Part shown: positions 26,846 to 35,973 of the stretch, in pieces
Position numbering within the stretch: the first letter of the stretch is position 1
Layout of the letters: each line of letters opens with the position of its first letter
Assembly: GCA_041577335.1 (NCBI GenBank)
Contig: JBFGJH010000031.1
Span: 1 to 35,973, forward strand
Direction: 5' to 3'
Length of the DNA: 35,973 nucleotides
Source: Acidimicrobiia bacterium
GTDB taxonomy: Bacteria > Actinomycetota > Acidimicrobiia > Spongiisociales > JAENVV01
Translations under genes and position numbers: made by a program
The notes under the pieces: model-generated
What the model saw: the letters and a program-made list of their open reading frames with translations, nothing else
Databases searched by the model: none
Told to the model about the DNA's origin: nothing

Positions 26846-27946
26846 CTACCTGCGCCGCTTCTTCGGGGGGCGAGGGGTCGCCCCAGTCGCAGTGGGCCGA
26901 CTGCTGTCGAAGCTGCCTCCCTGCAGCGACCCGGAAGGGGCCTCGGGCGTCGCCTCGGGCACCTCGTCTGGGGCCTCCTGCGGCGCCGCCAGGCTGTCGC
27001 GTCGCGCTTGGCGCTCGGCAATGGCGATCCATTCCTCCTCGGTGTCTTTCCAGACATCCAGGAGGGGCGCAGCAATGAAGATCGACGAGTAGGTGCCTGC
27101 CGCGATTCCCACGAACAGCGCCAGCGCGAAATCGGTGAGGACACCGGCACCGAGAAAGAAAGAACCAAGGAAGAGGAGGCTACCCACGGGTAGCAGGCTC
27201 GTCAGTGAGGTGGCGATGGAGCGGGCCAAAACGAGATTCATGGACTCGTTGACGATGTCGTCGAACGTCTTCCTGCCCTCGGCCTTCTCCTCGGTTTCTT
27301 CGATCTTGTCAAAGACGACCACCGTGTCATACAGCGAATACCCGAGGATGGTGAGGACGGCCACCACCGTCGAAGGGGTGACCTCGAAACCCAGCAGCGA
27401 GTAGACGCCGGCCGTGATGATGAGGTCGTGAAACAGCGCGGCGATGGCGACGACCGCCATCTTCCACTCAAAGCGGATCGAAATGAACACCGAGACGGCG
27501 GCCAGAAAGGTGACCAGGGCGATAACGGCCGACCGGGCTATCAACGCCCCGAACGTCGGGCCGACCGATTCGACACTGGCGGTGGCCGAGTCGGCTCCCG
27601 CCGCCGCCGCCAGCGAGTCAACGAGCTCGATCTCGGTATCTCCCCCGATGAACTCGGTTCTGATCCGAACCGCGGCGCCGTCGTCCAACTCCTCAACACG
27701 CGAATCGGTGATTCCCGCCTCCCCGAGGATGTCTTCGAACTCCGGCACCGAGACCCCGTTCGGGTTGTCCAGGAGGATTGCCGTGCCGCCGCGGAAGTCC
27801 AGGCTGAGGTTGAGACCCAGCTCCCCGGGGCCCTCACGAAGCCCGATACTCAACAGCGAGATGACGATTGCGACGGCCGACACCAGGAACCATCGCCGGC
27901 GCTGGCCGACGAAATCGATCGAAGTGCGGGCCGTCGATTCTGTCAC
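26846..27946 (-). CDS. secF: Protein translocase subunit SecF
   Basis: LSLDFRGG, VGPTFG, IRFEWK, HDLI, LTILGYSLYDTVVVFDKI, GTYSSIFIA. Confidence 0.95.
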   Translation of the reverse strand: MTESTARTSIDFVGQRRRWFLVSAVAIVISLLSIGLREGPGELGLNLSLDFRGGTAILLDNPNGVSVPEFEDILGEAGITDSRVEELDDGAAVRIRTEFIGGDTEIELVDSLAAAAGADSATASVESVGPTFGALIARSAVIALVTFLAAVSVFISIRFEWKMAVVAIAALFHDLIITAGVYSLLGFEVTPSTVVAVLTILGYSLYDTVVVFDKIEETEEKAEGRKTFDDIVNESMNLVLARSIATSLTSLLPVGSLLFLGSFFLGAGVLTDFALALFVGIAAGTYSSIFIAAPLLDVWKDTEEEWIAIAERQARRDSLAAPQEAPDEVPEATPEAPSGSLQGGSFDSSRPTATGATPRPPKKRRR

Positions 27947-29385
27947 GCCTCGACCCCGGCCGCTCGTTTGATCGAGAATCGGCCTTCCTGACCAAAGGCC
28001 GATTGCGCAATCACAGAGACAGCGTTATAGGTGAAGAAGCGGGCGATCACGAGGTCGAGAGCGGTGGCAATTCCCAGCGCCAATGCGAATCCCTTCACAG
28101 GCCCAATCGCAAGCGCATAGAGGAGCACCGCGGCCAGCATCGACACGAAGTCAGCTGTGATGATGGTGCGGTAGGCCCTACGGAAGCCGTCGCTGACCGC
28201 CTCATCGAGCACCCGCCCCTCGCGGAGCTCTTCTTTGATGCGCTCGAAATACACGATATAGCTGTCGGTGGTGATGCCGATGGCCACGATCAAACCTGTC
28301 ACACCCGCCAGCGTGAGGTTGAGGCCGTTGGCCTCGCCCAAGAAGATGTAGATCAGGAGCAGGAGCGACCCGAAAACCGAGAGTCCCACGACTGCCACGA
28401 GGCCGAGCGACCGGTAGTACACGAGCAGGGCGGCTGCGACCAACACGAGGCCGGCCAATCCCGCGACGATGCCGGTCTCGAGCGACTCCTGGCCGAGCGT
28501 GGCTGACACTTTCTGCAGCTGACTGCGCTCGAGCTGGATGGGAAGAGCGCCATAGCGCAGAACAACCGCCAGATCGACTGCCTCGTCCTCCGTGCCGTTC
28601 GCGCCCAGACCGATTTGTGCGTTGCCGCCCGCAATGCCCACATCGGGGAGAACGCCCTGCGCAACGGGTGGCGCGGTGAGGATCTCACCGTCGAGCACGA
28701 TGGCGATTCGCCGGTGAACTCCGTCTACGTACCGAGCTGCATCTCCGGTGAGTTGCGCAAACTTGTCGGCACCATCGCTGGTCATCACCAGGTTGACTGC
28801 CCAGAACCCACTCGCGGCATCGGGAGACGCGTTCGCCAAGTCCGAGCCGGACAACACTTCTGGGCCAACCAGGTACAGCGCGGCGATCTCGCCGGCTTCG
28901 TCGCGCTCCGGCAACCACACTGCCATTGTGCCGTCATCAACGAGCGACACGCCGTCCGGGCCGACTTCGGAGACGGGTACGTCGGTGCACGCATCTGCTA
29001 CCTCAGGGGCTTGCTGAAACACCCCGTCGACCAGCCCCTCGATCTCGCAAACGGGTCGGAACGTGAGCTGACCGGTCTGCCCAACAACATCGAGCGCCTC
29101 TTCCTGGTCGGTGATCCCGGGCAGCTGAACCAGAACGTTGCGATCGCCCGTGATGGCAATCTCCGGCTCCTGGACATTGCCGAGATTTTCGATGCGATTT
29201 CGCATGATCCCCGCCGACACCTCCAGGAGGTCGGATTCGGTGCCCTCGGGGGCGGTCAGAATCACCGAAATGCCTCCCCGCAGGTCCAATCCGAGCTTGG
29301 GGGCGTACCCGTTGGCGAGGGCGAGGGCGAGCCCTCCCCAAGCGACCGCGAGGATGACGAGCACGGAGATCAGCCGTCGGCTCAC
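27943..29385 (-). CDS. secD: Protein translocase subunit SecD
   Basis: PKLGLDLRGG, VQLPG, IAIVLDG, LRYGALP, VSATLG, IGITTDSYIVYFERIKEE, GPVKGFA. Confidence 0.95.
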   Translation of the reverse strand: MSRRLISVLVILAVAWGGLALALANGYAPKLGLDLRGGISVILTAPEGTESDLLEVSAGIMRNRIENLGNVQEPEIAITGDRNVLVQLPGITDQEEALDVVGQTGQLTFRPVCEIEGLVDGVFQQAPEVADACTDVPVSEVGPDGVSLVDDGTMAVWLPERDEAGEIAALYLVGPEVLSGSDLANASPDAASGFWAVNLVMTSDGADKFAQLTGDAARYVDGVHRRIAIVLDGEILTAPPVAQGVLPDVGIAGGNAQIGLGANGTEDEAVDLAVVLRYGALPIQLERSQLQKVSATLGQESLETGIVAGLAGLVLVAAALLVYYRSLGLVAVVGLSVFGSLLLLIYIFLGEANGLNLTLAGVTGLIVAIGITTDSYIVYFERIKEELREGRVLDEAVSDGFRRAYRTIITADFVSMLAAVLLYALAIGPVKGFALALGIATALDLVIARFFTYNAVSVIAQSAFGQEGRFSIKRAAGVEA

Positions 29386-29690
29386 TCTTCGGGCGTCGAC
29401 TGCTCGATGCGAGAGGCGATGGCACGCCGCTCGATTTCCACGGATCCCTCGGCCAACCGCAGAAGCGCCGAATCATCGTCCAATGACTCGATTGTCCCCC
29501 GCAGTCCGCCCACGGTTCGAACCTGGTCGCCGACGGCGATGCTCGCAATCAGCTCCTGCTGTTTGGCGGCGCGCCGACGCTGGGGACGAATGAGAAGGAA
29601 ATAGAAGGCCACACCCAACAGCAAGAACAGATACAACGAACTGATTCCGGAGCCGGTGGCCTCTGCGTCTTGTGCAAAAAAGACAATCAT
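29382..29690 (-). CDS. yajC: Preprotein translocase subunit YajC
   Basis: FYFLLIRPQRRR, GDQVRTVGGLRG. Lies directly upstream of secD. Confidence 0.93.
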   Translation of the reverse strand: MIVFFAQDAEATGSGISSLYLFLLLGVAFYFLLIRPQRRRAAKQQELIASIAVGDQVRTVGGLRGTIESLDDDSALLRLAEGSVEIERRAIASRIEQSTPEE

Positions 29691-29736
29691 GAGCAGCCCG
29701 AGATGGTAGCTGTCGCCCGTACGGAGCCAAACCCCA

Positions 29737-30840
29737 TCACTGCCCCAGTCCGCTGTGCCGAGAACGGTAATAGTCTGCGAAGACGCCGCCGGCGATCGCC
29801 GCTCGCGCCCCGCGAAGGAGCTCGAGTGTGTAGTGGAGGTTGTGAATCGTCAGGAGTCGGGCGGCGGTCAGCTCCCCCGTAGTGAGCAGATGCCGGAGGT
29901 AGCCGCGCGAGTACCGCTGACATGTGGCACATTCACACCCTTCCTCGAGTGGATGTTGGCTCGGACGATTCTCGGCGCGCCTCAGGTTGTAGCCACCTGA
30001 GCGGCTGAGCACCTTGCCATGCCGGGCGAGCCGCGTGGGAAGCACACAGTCGAACAAGTCCGCCCCGCGTCGAATCGCGTCGAGCATTCCGTCGGTATCG
30101 CCCAGGCCCATCACGTAGCGCACGCTCTCCTGGGGGAGTTCGGCAATGGCCGACTCGAGCGCCCGGTTGCGCTGGGCAGCCGGCTCTCCCACCGACAGGC
30201 CGCCGATTCCATAGCCGTCGAAACCCAGGGCGGCCGTTGCGCGGGCGCTCTCGGCGCGAAGCTCTCCGTCGACACCACCCTGCACGATCCCAAACAGCGC
30301 CTGATCGGGCCGATCGTGAACCGCCAGGGACCTCTCTGCCCATCGCAATGTCAGCTGCATGGCGTCGGCCACGCGCCCCCGCTCGGCGGGCAGGCCGACA
30401 CACACGTCGAGAACCATGGCGATATCAGGGCCGAGCAGTTGCTGAGTGCGAACGGCTTCCTCGGGAGTCAGCATGACCGAGCTCCCGTCGTAGGTCGACC
30501 GAAAGGCCGCTCCTTCTTCGGTGATCTTCGGGTCGAGAGAGAAGATCTGATACCCACCCGAATCGGTGAGGATCGGGCCATCCCAACTCATGAATCCGTG
30601 CAAGCCCCCGAAGCCGGCGATGAGGTCCGCGCCTGGTCGCAGCATGAGGTGATAGGTGTTGGCCAGAACGATATCGGCACCGAGTGCGGTCAGGTCCTCG
30701 GAGGAAAGAGTGCGAACCGTCGCTCGTGTGCCAACCGGCATGAACGCGGGCGTCGGAAGCGCCCCGTGGGGAGTGGTGACCGTCCCGGCTCGGCTACCGG
30801 AGGGGTCGAGCGATTCCACGGCGAAGCGAAGGGCCGTCAC
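29737..30840 (-). CDS. tgt: tRNA-guanine transglycosylase
   Basis: TPAFMPVGT, ANTYHLMLRPG, LTDSGGYQ, FGIVQGG, GGLSVGE, DLFDCVLPTR, Zn site CECATC...H. Confidence 0.95.
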   Translation of the reverse strand: MTALRFAVESLDPSGSRAGTVTTPHGALPTPAFMPVGTRATVRTLSSEDLTALGADIVLANTYHLMLRPGADLIAGFGGLHGFMSWDGPILTDSGGYQIFSLDPKITEEGAAFRSTYDGSSVMLTPEEAVRTQQLLGPDIAMVLDVCVGLPAERGRVADAMQLTLRWAERSLAVHDRPDQALFGIVQGGVDGELRAESARATAALGFDGYGIGGLSVGEPAAQRNRALESAIAELPQESVRYVMGLGDTDGMLDAIRRGADLFDCVLPTRLARHGKVLSRSGGYNLRRAENRPSQHPLEEGCECATCQRYSRGYLRHLLTTGELTAARLLTIHNLHYTLELLRGARAAIAGGVFADYYRSRHSGLGQ

Positions 30841-31838
30841 AGTCGTTCGGCCAGCATGGCGTCCCCAAACGACAGAAACCGATAGCCGCGTGCGAGCGCT
30901 GCGTCGTAACTGGTTCGCCAGCCATCACCCATGAATGCGGCCACCATGACAATCAGGCTAGACCGGGGAATGTGGAAATTCGTCACCAGTACGTCCACCA
31001 CCGAGAATGAGAAGCCGGGCTTGATGAAGAGATCCGTGGACCCCGGTCCTTCACGAACGTCTCCGTCCTTCACCGCACTCTCGAGCGTGCGAACCACGGT
31101 TGTCCCTATGGCCACAATCCGCCGCCCATCGTGACGAGCTCTGCTGACCTGGGCGGCGGCACGGGCCGAGACGAAATACCGTTCGGTGTGCATGTGGTGG
31201 TCTTCGATGGACTTGGTCGTGATCGGCCGGAACGTTCCGAGACCGACATGGAGATCGACTTCGGCAATATCGATGCCGCGCCGCATCAGACCGTCAAACA
31301 CGCGCTTCGTGAAATGCAGGCCGGCCGTCGGGGCGGCCGCCGAACCGGGAACCTGGGCGTAGACCGTCTGATAATCGTCGGGCTGGGCGAGCTGCTCGAC
31401 GATGTACGGCGGCAGGGGCATCGCTCCATGCGCAGCAGCCGTCGCCTCGACGTCGCTCTCCGTCGCCACGAGCACCCGCCCGTCGACGGGGTCAGAACGC
31501 ACCTCGAAGTGAGCACCAGCCACATCGATCACCACCCCGGCCCGGATCCTTCGAGCCGGACGGATCAGGGCTTCCCACTCCCCCGTTGCGATTTGGTCGA
31601 GGAGGAGGAGCTCGATCCCCCCACCCGTGTCGACGCGCGTGCCGCTCAACCGGGCGGGCCGAACTCGGGTGGTGTTGATCACCACCAGATCATCGGGCCG
31701 CAGCAGCGCCGGCAGGTCGCTGAACCGGTGGTCGGACAGATCGGGGGTGTACAGCAGCCGAGCAGAGTCACGCGGCTGGGCAGGACGTTGGGCGATTCGC
31801 CCCGGATCGAGCGTGTACTCGAATCGACCGGTGTCCAC
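30837..31838 (-). CDS. queA: S-adenosylmethionine:tRNA ribosyltransferase-isomerase
   Basis: IAQRPAQPRDSARLL, PLPPYI, YQTVYA, SAAAPTAGLHFT, LHVGLGTF, GTTVVRTLE, TNFHIPRSSL, YRFLSFGDAM. Start reassigned to GTG 31838, 4 nt after the ruvB stop. Confidence 0.93.
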   Translation of the reverse strand: MDTGRFEYTLDPGRIAQRPAQPRDSARLLYTPDLSDHRFSDLPALLRPDDLVVINTTRVRPARLSGTRVDTGGGIELLLLDQIATGEWEALIRPARRIRAGVVIDVAGAHFEVRSDPVDGRVLVATESDVEATAAAHGAMPLPPYIVEQLAQPDDYQTVYAQVPGSAAAPTAGLHFTKRVFDGLMRRGIDIAEVDLHVGLGTFRPITTKSIEDHHMHTERYFVSARAAAQVSRARHDGRRIVAIGTTVVRTLESAVKDGDVREGPGSTDLFIKPGFSFSVVDVLVTNFHIPRSSLIVMVAAFMGDGWRTSYDAALARGYRFLSFGDAMLAERL

Positions 31839-31842
31839 GACG

Positions 31843-32871
31843 TCAGTCGTCGAGTAGTGACGGTTGTGCTCCAGCGGGTGGGCGCACCCCCAGGTGCGCA
31901 TAGGCGGCTGGAGCCGGCACTCTGCCACGGGGGGTACGAGCCATGAGCCCGGACTGCAGGAGGAATGGCTCGTACGCGTCCTCGACCGTTTCGGGCTCTT
32001 CGCCGACGGCGATGGCCAACGTCGACAACCCCACCGGGCCGCCTGAGAACGTGTCGACCAACGCCCACAGGATGGCTCGGTCCACTTGGTCGAGTCCCAA
32101 ATCGTCGACCTCGAATACCTGGAGCGCCGCCGCGGCCGTGGGCTCATCCACCGAGCCGTCTCCCCGGGCGACTGCATAGTCCCGCATCCGAGCCAGGAGT
32201 CGGTTGGCGATTCTGGGCGTTCCTCTGCTGCGAGACGCCACCATGGCGGCCGCCGGTCCCGTGATCGAAACATCGAGGATGCCCGAGGATCGCAGAACGA
32301 TTCGCTCGAGCTCGTCTGGTGTGTAGTAGTCGAGTTTGTCGACTATGCCGAACCGGTCGCGCAGCGGCGCGGCCACCTTGCCCTTGCGGGTCGTGGCAGC
32401 CACCAGCGTGAACCGGGGCAGGTCGAGGCGAATCGACTGGGCCGATGGGCCCTTTCCCAGCACGATGTCGAGCTCGAAGTCTTCCATGGCCGGATAGAGA
32501 ACCTCTTCCACAGCTCGTGGCAGCCGGTGCACTTCGTCGATGAAGAAGACGTCTCCGTGATCGAGATTGGTGAGTATCGATGCCAGATCGCCGGGACGCT
32601 CCAGCGCTGGTCCCGAGGTGATCCGGAAACGCGAGCCCAGCTCATGGGCGATGATCGATGCCAAAGTCGTCTTGCCCAGACCCGGAGGCCCCGACAGCAA
32701 GACGTGGTCAAGCGGGTTGTCGAGCGCAGCGGCAGCCTCCAACGAGATGGACAGCCGTTCGCGGAGTTTGATCTGACCGACGAACTCGGCGAGATCGCGG
32801 GGCCGGAGCGTGCGATCCGTGGGATCATCGCTACCTGATGCCAGCGGGCTCAACACCGATTCGTCACGCAT
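31843..32871 (-). CDS. ruvB: Holliday junction branch migration ATPase RuvB
   Basis: LRPRDLAEFVGQ, GPPGLGKTT, FIDEVHRL, LYPAMEDF, PLRDRFG, SRGTPRIANRLL, EPFLLQ..RTPRGR. Confidence 0.96.
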   Translation of the reverse strand: MRDESVLSPLASGSDDPTDRTLRPRDLAEFVGQIKLRERLSISLEAAAALDNPLDHVLLSGPPGLGKTTLASIIAHELGSRFRITSGPALERPGDLASILTNLDHGDVFFIDEVHRLPRAVEEVLYPAMEDFELDIVLGKGPSAQSIRLDLPRFTLVAATTRKGKVAAPLRDRFGIVDKLDYYTPDELERIVLRSSGILDVSITGPAAAMVASRSRGTPRIANRLLARMRDYAVARGDGSVDEPTAAAALQVFEVDDLGLDQVDRAILWALVDTFSGGPVGLSTLAIAVGEEPETVEDAYEPFLLQSGLMARTPRGRVPAPAAYAHLGVRPPAGAQPSLLDD

Positions 32872-33445
32872 GGCGTTCTTTTCCGAGAGCCTTCAGGGCC
32901 ATACGAACCTGTTCGGCCACTGGCAGGGTGGGATCGACCGAACCCATGACATCTCGTGCCTCACTCGCGGAGTACCCGAGTTGTTCGAGTGCCTCACGCA
33001 CTTGCGCCGCGTGCGTCCCCGATGGGGACCCGGCCAACCCGGCGTCCCCCACCTTGGGCTTGAGCTCCAGAACGATCTTCTGAGCACTTCGCTTGCCGAT
33101 GCCGGGGACGGCGGTGAGCGCATCGACGTCGTCGTTGGCGATGGCGGTGAGCAGCTGTTCAGGATCCATCGTCGCAAGGATCGCCAAAGCCACCTTGGGG
33201 CCTATGCCGGGCGCACCCAGCAAGATCCGAAACCACTGCTGCTGTGTCTCATCGGTGAAGCCGAACAGCGTCAGGGCGTCCTCGCGAACGTGGAGGTGGG
33301 TGTGGAGAACGATCTCTTCGCCGATCGAAGGAAGCTCGGCCAATGATCGGGGCGTCACCGCCACTTCATATCCGACTCCGCCCACCTCGAGAACGACCAC
33401 CTCGGGGCGACGCGCCACCAACGTGCCGCGCAGCCTTCCGATCAT
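32864..33445 (-). CDS. ruvA: Holliday junction DNA-binding protein RuvA
   Basis: MIGRLRG, VGGVGYEV, VREDALTLFGF, HhH motifs PGIGPK and PGIGKRSAQKI, ALEQLGY. Confidence 0.95.
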   Translation of the reverse strand: MIGRLRGTLVARRPEVVVLEVGGVGYEVAVTPRSLAELPSIGEEIVLHTHLHVREDALTLFGFTDETQQQWFRILLGAPGIGPKVALAILATMDPEQLLTAIANDDVDALTAVPGIGKRSAQKIVLELKPKVGDAGLAGSPSGTHAAQVREALEQLGYSASEARDVMGSVDPTLPVAEQVRMALKALGKERHA

Positions 33446-33921
33446 GCCAGCGCCTCGAACTTGGTCGTCTGGCAGTAACAGAGAGCCACGGCGAGCGCAT
33501 CGGCAGCGTCGGCGGGCTTGGGGAGCTCGGAGAGGTGAAGGCGCGCCGCCACCATCTTCTGCATCTGGCGTTTCTCAGCATTCCCGTAGCCTGCGATGGC
33601 TTGCTTCACCGTTGTCGGAGTGAATTCTCGGACCACGATCCCATGCGTGGCCGCCGCCAGGATGGCAACCCCTGAGGCTCGTGCCACGCCGATGGCGGTT
33701 GCGCGGTTCTTGTTGAGGAAAATCTGCTCGATAGCCATGACAGCAGGACGGAATTCGGCGATCACCTCATTGAGGTCGCGATAGAGCTCGCCCAGTCGGT
33801 GCTCGATGGGATCGCCCGCGGAGGTGCGCATCACCCCAGCGGATACGAGGGCTGGTCCACGCTCTCGAATCACTCCGTATCCCATCGTGGTCAGGCCGGG
33901 ATCGACCCCTAAAACGAACAT
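33442..33921 (-). CDS. ruvC: Crossover junction endodeoxyribonuclease RuvC
   Basis: VLGVDPGL, AIEQIF, VKQAIAGYGNAEK, DAADALAVALC. Start reassigned to ATG 33921. Confidence 0.94.
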   Translation of the reverse strand: MFVLGVDPGLTTMGYGVIRERGPALVSAGVMRTSAGDPIEHRLGELYRDLNEVIAEFRPAVMAIEQIFLNKNRATAIGVARASGVAILAAATHGIVVREFTPTTVKQAIAGYGNAEKRQMQKMVAARLHLSELPKPADAADALAVALCYCQTTKFEALA

Positions 33922-33928
33922 ATGTTCT
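33915..33928. promoter_or_regulatory. LexA (SOS) box overlapping the ruvC start codon
   Basis: CGAAC-ATAT-GTTCT matches the Gram-positive/actinobacterial GAAC-N4-GTTC palindrome, in a locally AT-rich patch. TACTAT (-10-like) lies just upstream on the minus strand. Confidence 0.85.
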
Positions 33929-33973
33929 ATGGATAGTAGCGTCGGCGGCCGCCCATCCGGTGCATTGTCGAGC

Positions 33974-34714
33974 TCAGGCGTCGAGAGCAGCCATGACTTC
34001 GTCGGGGATATCGAAATTGGCGAAGACCTCTTGAACATCATCCAGGTCATCCAGCGTATCGATGAGGCGCAGCACCTTGGGCGCTGTCGGCGCATCCACC
34101 GGCACCGATGTCTTGGCGAGTTGGGTGACTCCACCGTTCTCAATGGTGATCCCCGTGGCGCTGAGGGCCCGCTTCACGTCCGAAAAGTCGCCCGGGGCGC
34201 AGATCACCTCGAACTGGTCGCCGGAAACCGTGACGTCTTCCGCCCCTGCCTCGAGCGCAGCCAGCATGACATCGTCTTCGTCGCCTTCGACGAGGAAGTG
34301 ACCTTTCTGTTCGAACAGATACGCGACCGATCCCGGCTCACCCAGGCTGCCACCGTTCCTGGTGAACGTCGACCGAACGTCTGACGAAGCCCGGTTGCGG
34401 TTGTCGGTGAGCACATGGACGTAGATCGCCACGCCGCCCGGGCCATATCCCTCGTAGAAGAACTCCTCATAGGAGGCGCCTTCGACCTCGCCGATGCCAC
34501 GCTTGATGGCCCGATCGATGTTGTCGTTGGGCAAGCTGTTTGCTTTCGCCTTGTCGATGGCGGTTGCGAGGGTGGGATTCCCCACCGGGTCACCGCCGCC
34601 GGCGCGCGCCGCCGCCTCGATGGCTTTGACGAGCTTGGCAAAGAGCTTGCCGCGGGCAGCGTCCTGGCGTCCCTTGCGATGCTTGATGTTCGCCCATTTG
34701 GAATGACCAGCCAT
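33974..34714 (-). CDS. yebC: YebC/PmpR family protein
   Basis: MAGHSKWANIKHRK, NIDRAIK, YEGYGPGG, TDNRNR, DLDDVQEVFAN. Confidence 0.95.
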   Translation of the reverse strand: MAGHSKWANIKHRKGRQDAARGKLFAKLVKAIEAAARAGGGDPVGNPTLATAIDKAKANSLPNDNIDRAIKRGIGEVEGASYEEFFYEGYGPGGVAIYVHVLTDNRNRASSDVRSTFTRNGGSLGEPGSVAYLFEQKGHFLVEGDEDDVMLAALEAGAEDVTVSGDQFEVICAPGDFSDVKRALSATGITIENGGVTQLAKTSVPVDAPTAPKVLRLIDTLDDLDDVQEVFANFDIPDEVMAALDA

Positions 34715-35286
34715 CAGGCTCCCTCGACCAGGGTCAGGAGCTGGCGGTGAATGCGACCATCGTCGGTCAGCTCAGGATGAAATGCAGTTGCGATGATGTT
34801 TCCCTGGCGCACCATCACCGGGCGCTGGTTCCACACCGCCACGACCTGGACGTCGGCGCCTGCCTCGGCTACGACAGGCGCTCGGATGAACACGGCGTGC
34901 ATCGGAACGGGATCGTCGTGGAGCGTGAGATCGGCTTCGAACGACTCGTTCTGGGTGCCGAAGGCGTTCCTCTCAACCGTGACGTCGAGCACGCCGAGGA
35001 GCGGCTGCTCGCCCTCAGTCACACGTTTGGCCAGCAGAATGAGCCCGGCACAGGTTCCGAAGGTCGGAAGGCCATCCTCGATACGCTTGCGCAGCGGATC
35101 GACGAGACCGTACAAGGTCGCCAGCTTGCCCATGGTGGTCGATTCTCCGCCAGGAATCACAAGCCCATCTATCTGCTCCAACTCCTCGGCGCGCCGAATG
35201 CGAACCGTGTCAGCGCCGAGGGCTTGCAGGATCGACTCGTGCTCACGCACGTCACCTTGCAGAGCCAATATGCCGATCACCGGCAT
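34714..35286 (-). CDS. pdxT: Pyridoxal 5'-phosphate synthase glutaminase subunit
   Basis: GILALQGDVREH, IPGGESTT, FGTCAGLI, RNAFG, FIRAP, FHPEL. Start reassigned to ATG 35286. Confidence 0.95.
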   Translation of the reverse strand: MPVIGILALQGDVREHESILQALGADTVRIRRAEELEQIDGLVIPGGESTTMGKLATLYGLVDPLRKRIEDGLPTFGTCAGLILLAKRVTEGEQPLLGVLDVTVERNAFGTQNESFEADLTLHDDPVPMHAVFIRAPVVAEAGADVQVVAVWNQRPVMVRQGNIIATAFHPELTDDGRIHRQLLTLVEGA

Positions 35287-35287
35287 A

Positions 35288-35973
35288 TCACCAGCCCCGC
35301 GAGGCGTACCGTTCCGACTCGGGAATGGTGTCGATCTCGATACCCACCATTGGCTCGCCGAGGTTTCGCGAGACCTTGGCAATGATGGTGGGATCGTCGT
35401 AATACGTCACGGACTCAACGATGGCTCGAGCTCGGGCAGGGGGGTTCCCGCTCTTGAAGATCCCTGACCCGACGAATACGCCGTCGCATCCCAGTTGCAT
35501 CATGAGAGCAGCATCGGAGGGTGTGGCAATGCCGCCGGCGGCGAAGTTGACCACGGGGAGCTTGCCGGTCTGCGAGACTTCTTGCACGAGGTCGAATGGA
35601 GCGCCCAGGTCGCGAGCCATGGACATCAGCTGATCGGGGGTGGCAGCTTTCGCAGCTCCGATTTCGGCCGTGATGCGGCGCATGTGGCGGACCGCCTCGA
35701 CCACGTTGCCCGTTCCCGCCTCTCCTTTGGTACGGATCATGGCGGCACCTTCACCGATCCGACGCAGCGCCTCGCCCAGGTTCCGCGCCCCACAGACAAA
35801 CGGGGTGGTGAATGACCACTTGTCTATGTGATGGTCTTCGTCAGCGGGAGTGAGCACCTCGCTCTCGTCGACGTAATCGACACCGAGCGACTGAAGAACC
35901 TGTGCTTCAACGAAGTGTCCGATGCGCGCCTTGGCCATGACCGGAATCGAAACGGCCTCGATGATCCCTTCGA
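35288..35973 (-). CDS. pdxS: Pyridoxal 5'-phosphate synthase lyase subunit (5' end outside the window)
   Basis: [63 protein letters not shown]. The frame stays open to the window edge. Confidence 0.96.
   Translation of the reverse strand, partial: EGIIEAVSIPVMAKARIGHFVEAQVLQSLGVDYVDESEVLTPADEDHHIDKWSFTTPFVCGARNLGEALRRIGEGAAMIRTKGEAGTGNVVEAVRHMRRITAEIGAAKAATPDQLMSMARDLGAPFDLVQEVSQTGKLPVVNFAAGGIATPSDAALMMQLGCDGVFVGSGIFKSGNPPARARAIVESVTYYDDPTIIAKVSRNLGEPMVGIEIDTIPESERYASRGW

Noticed and set aside
30837..35382. Long N-terminal extensions on queA, ruvC and pdxT (also hisS and aroE) in the ORF track
   Set aside because: They overlap upstream genes. Family-typical starts lie downstream at 31838, 33921, 35286, 15684 and 7140.

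Overview
GC-rich bacterial chromosome segment. Gene order and protein character point to Actinomycetota, probably a deep-branching class such as Acidimicrobiia (inference). A minus-strand housekeeping backbone runs right to left: pdxS(partial)-pdxT-yebC-ruvC-ruvA-ruvB-queA-tgt-yajC-secD-secF-apt-rel-[insert]-MBL hydrolase-hisS-aspS-rarA-alaS-ruvX-mltG-aroE. Type IV pilus genes occur in two places. (i) A motor/major-pilin locus downstream of aroE: DUF4388 protein-pilB-pilT-pilC-pilA. (ii) A ~7.6 kb insert between rel and the MBL hydrolase gene, holding two divergently transcribed three-gene minor-pilin cassettes with the same PilV/PilW/PilX-like layout and large extracellular domains. Highlights: all five pilus transcription units carry the same sigma-28 (FliA/WhiG)-like motif, TCAAG-N15-GCCGA(A/T), with identical spacing; PilT has an extra PilB-type N-terminal (MshEN/T2SSE_N-like) domain; alaS is interrupted by one in-frame TAG; a LexA box overlaps the ruvC start codon. 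I saw no RNA genes, CRISPR arrays or mobile-element genes. All product calls come from motif recognition by eye, not database searches.
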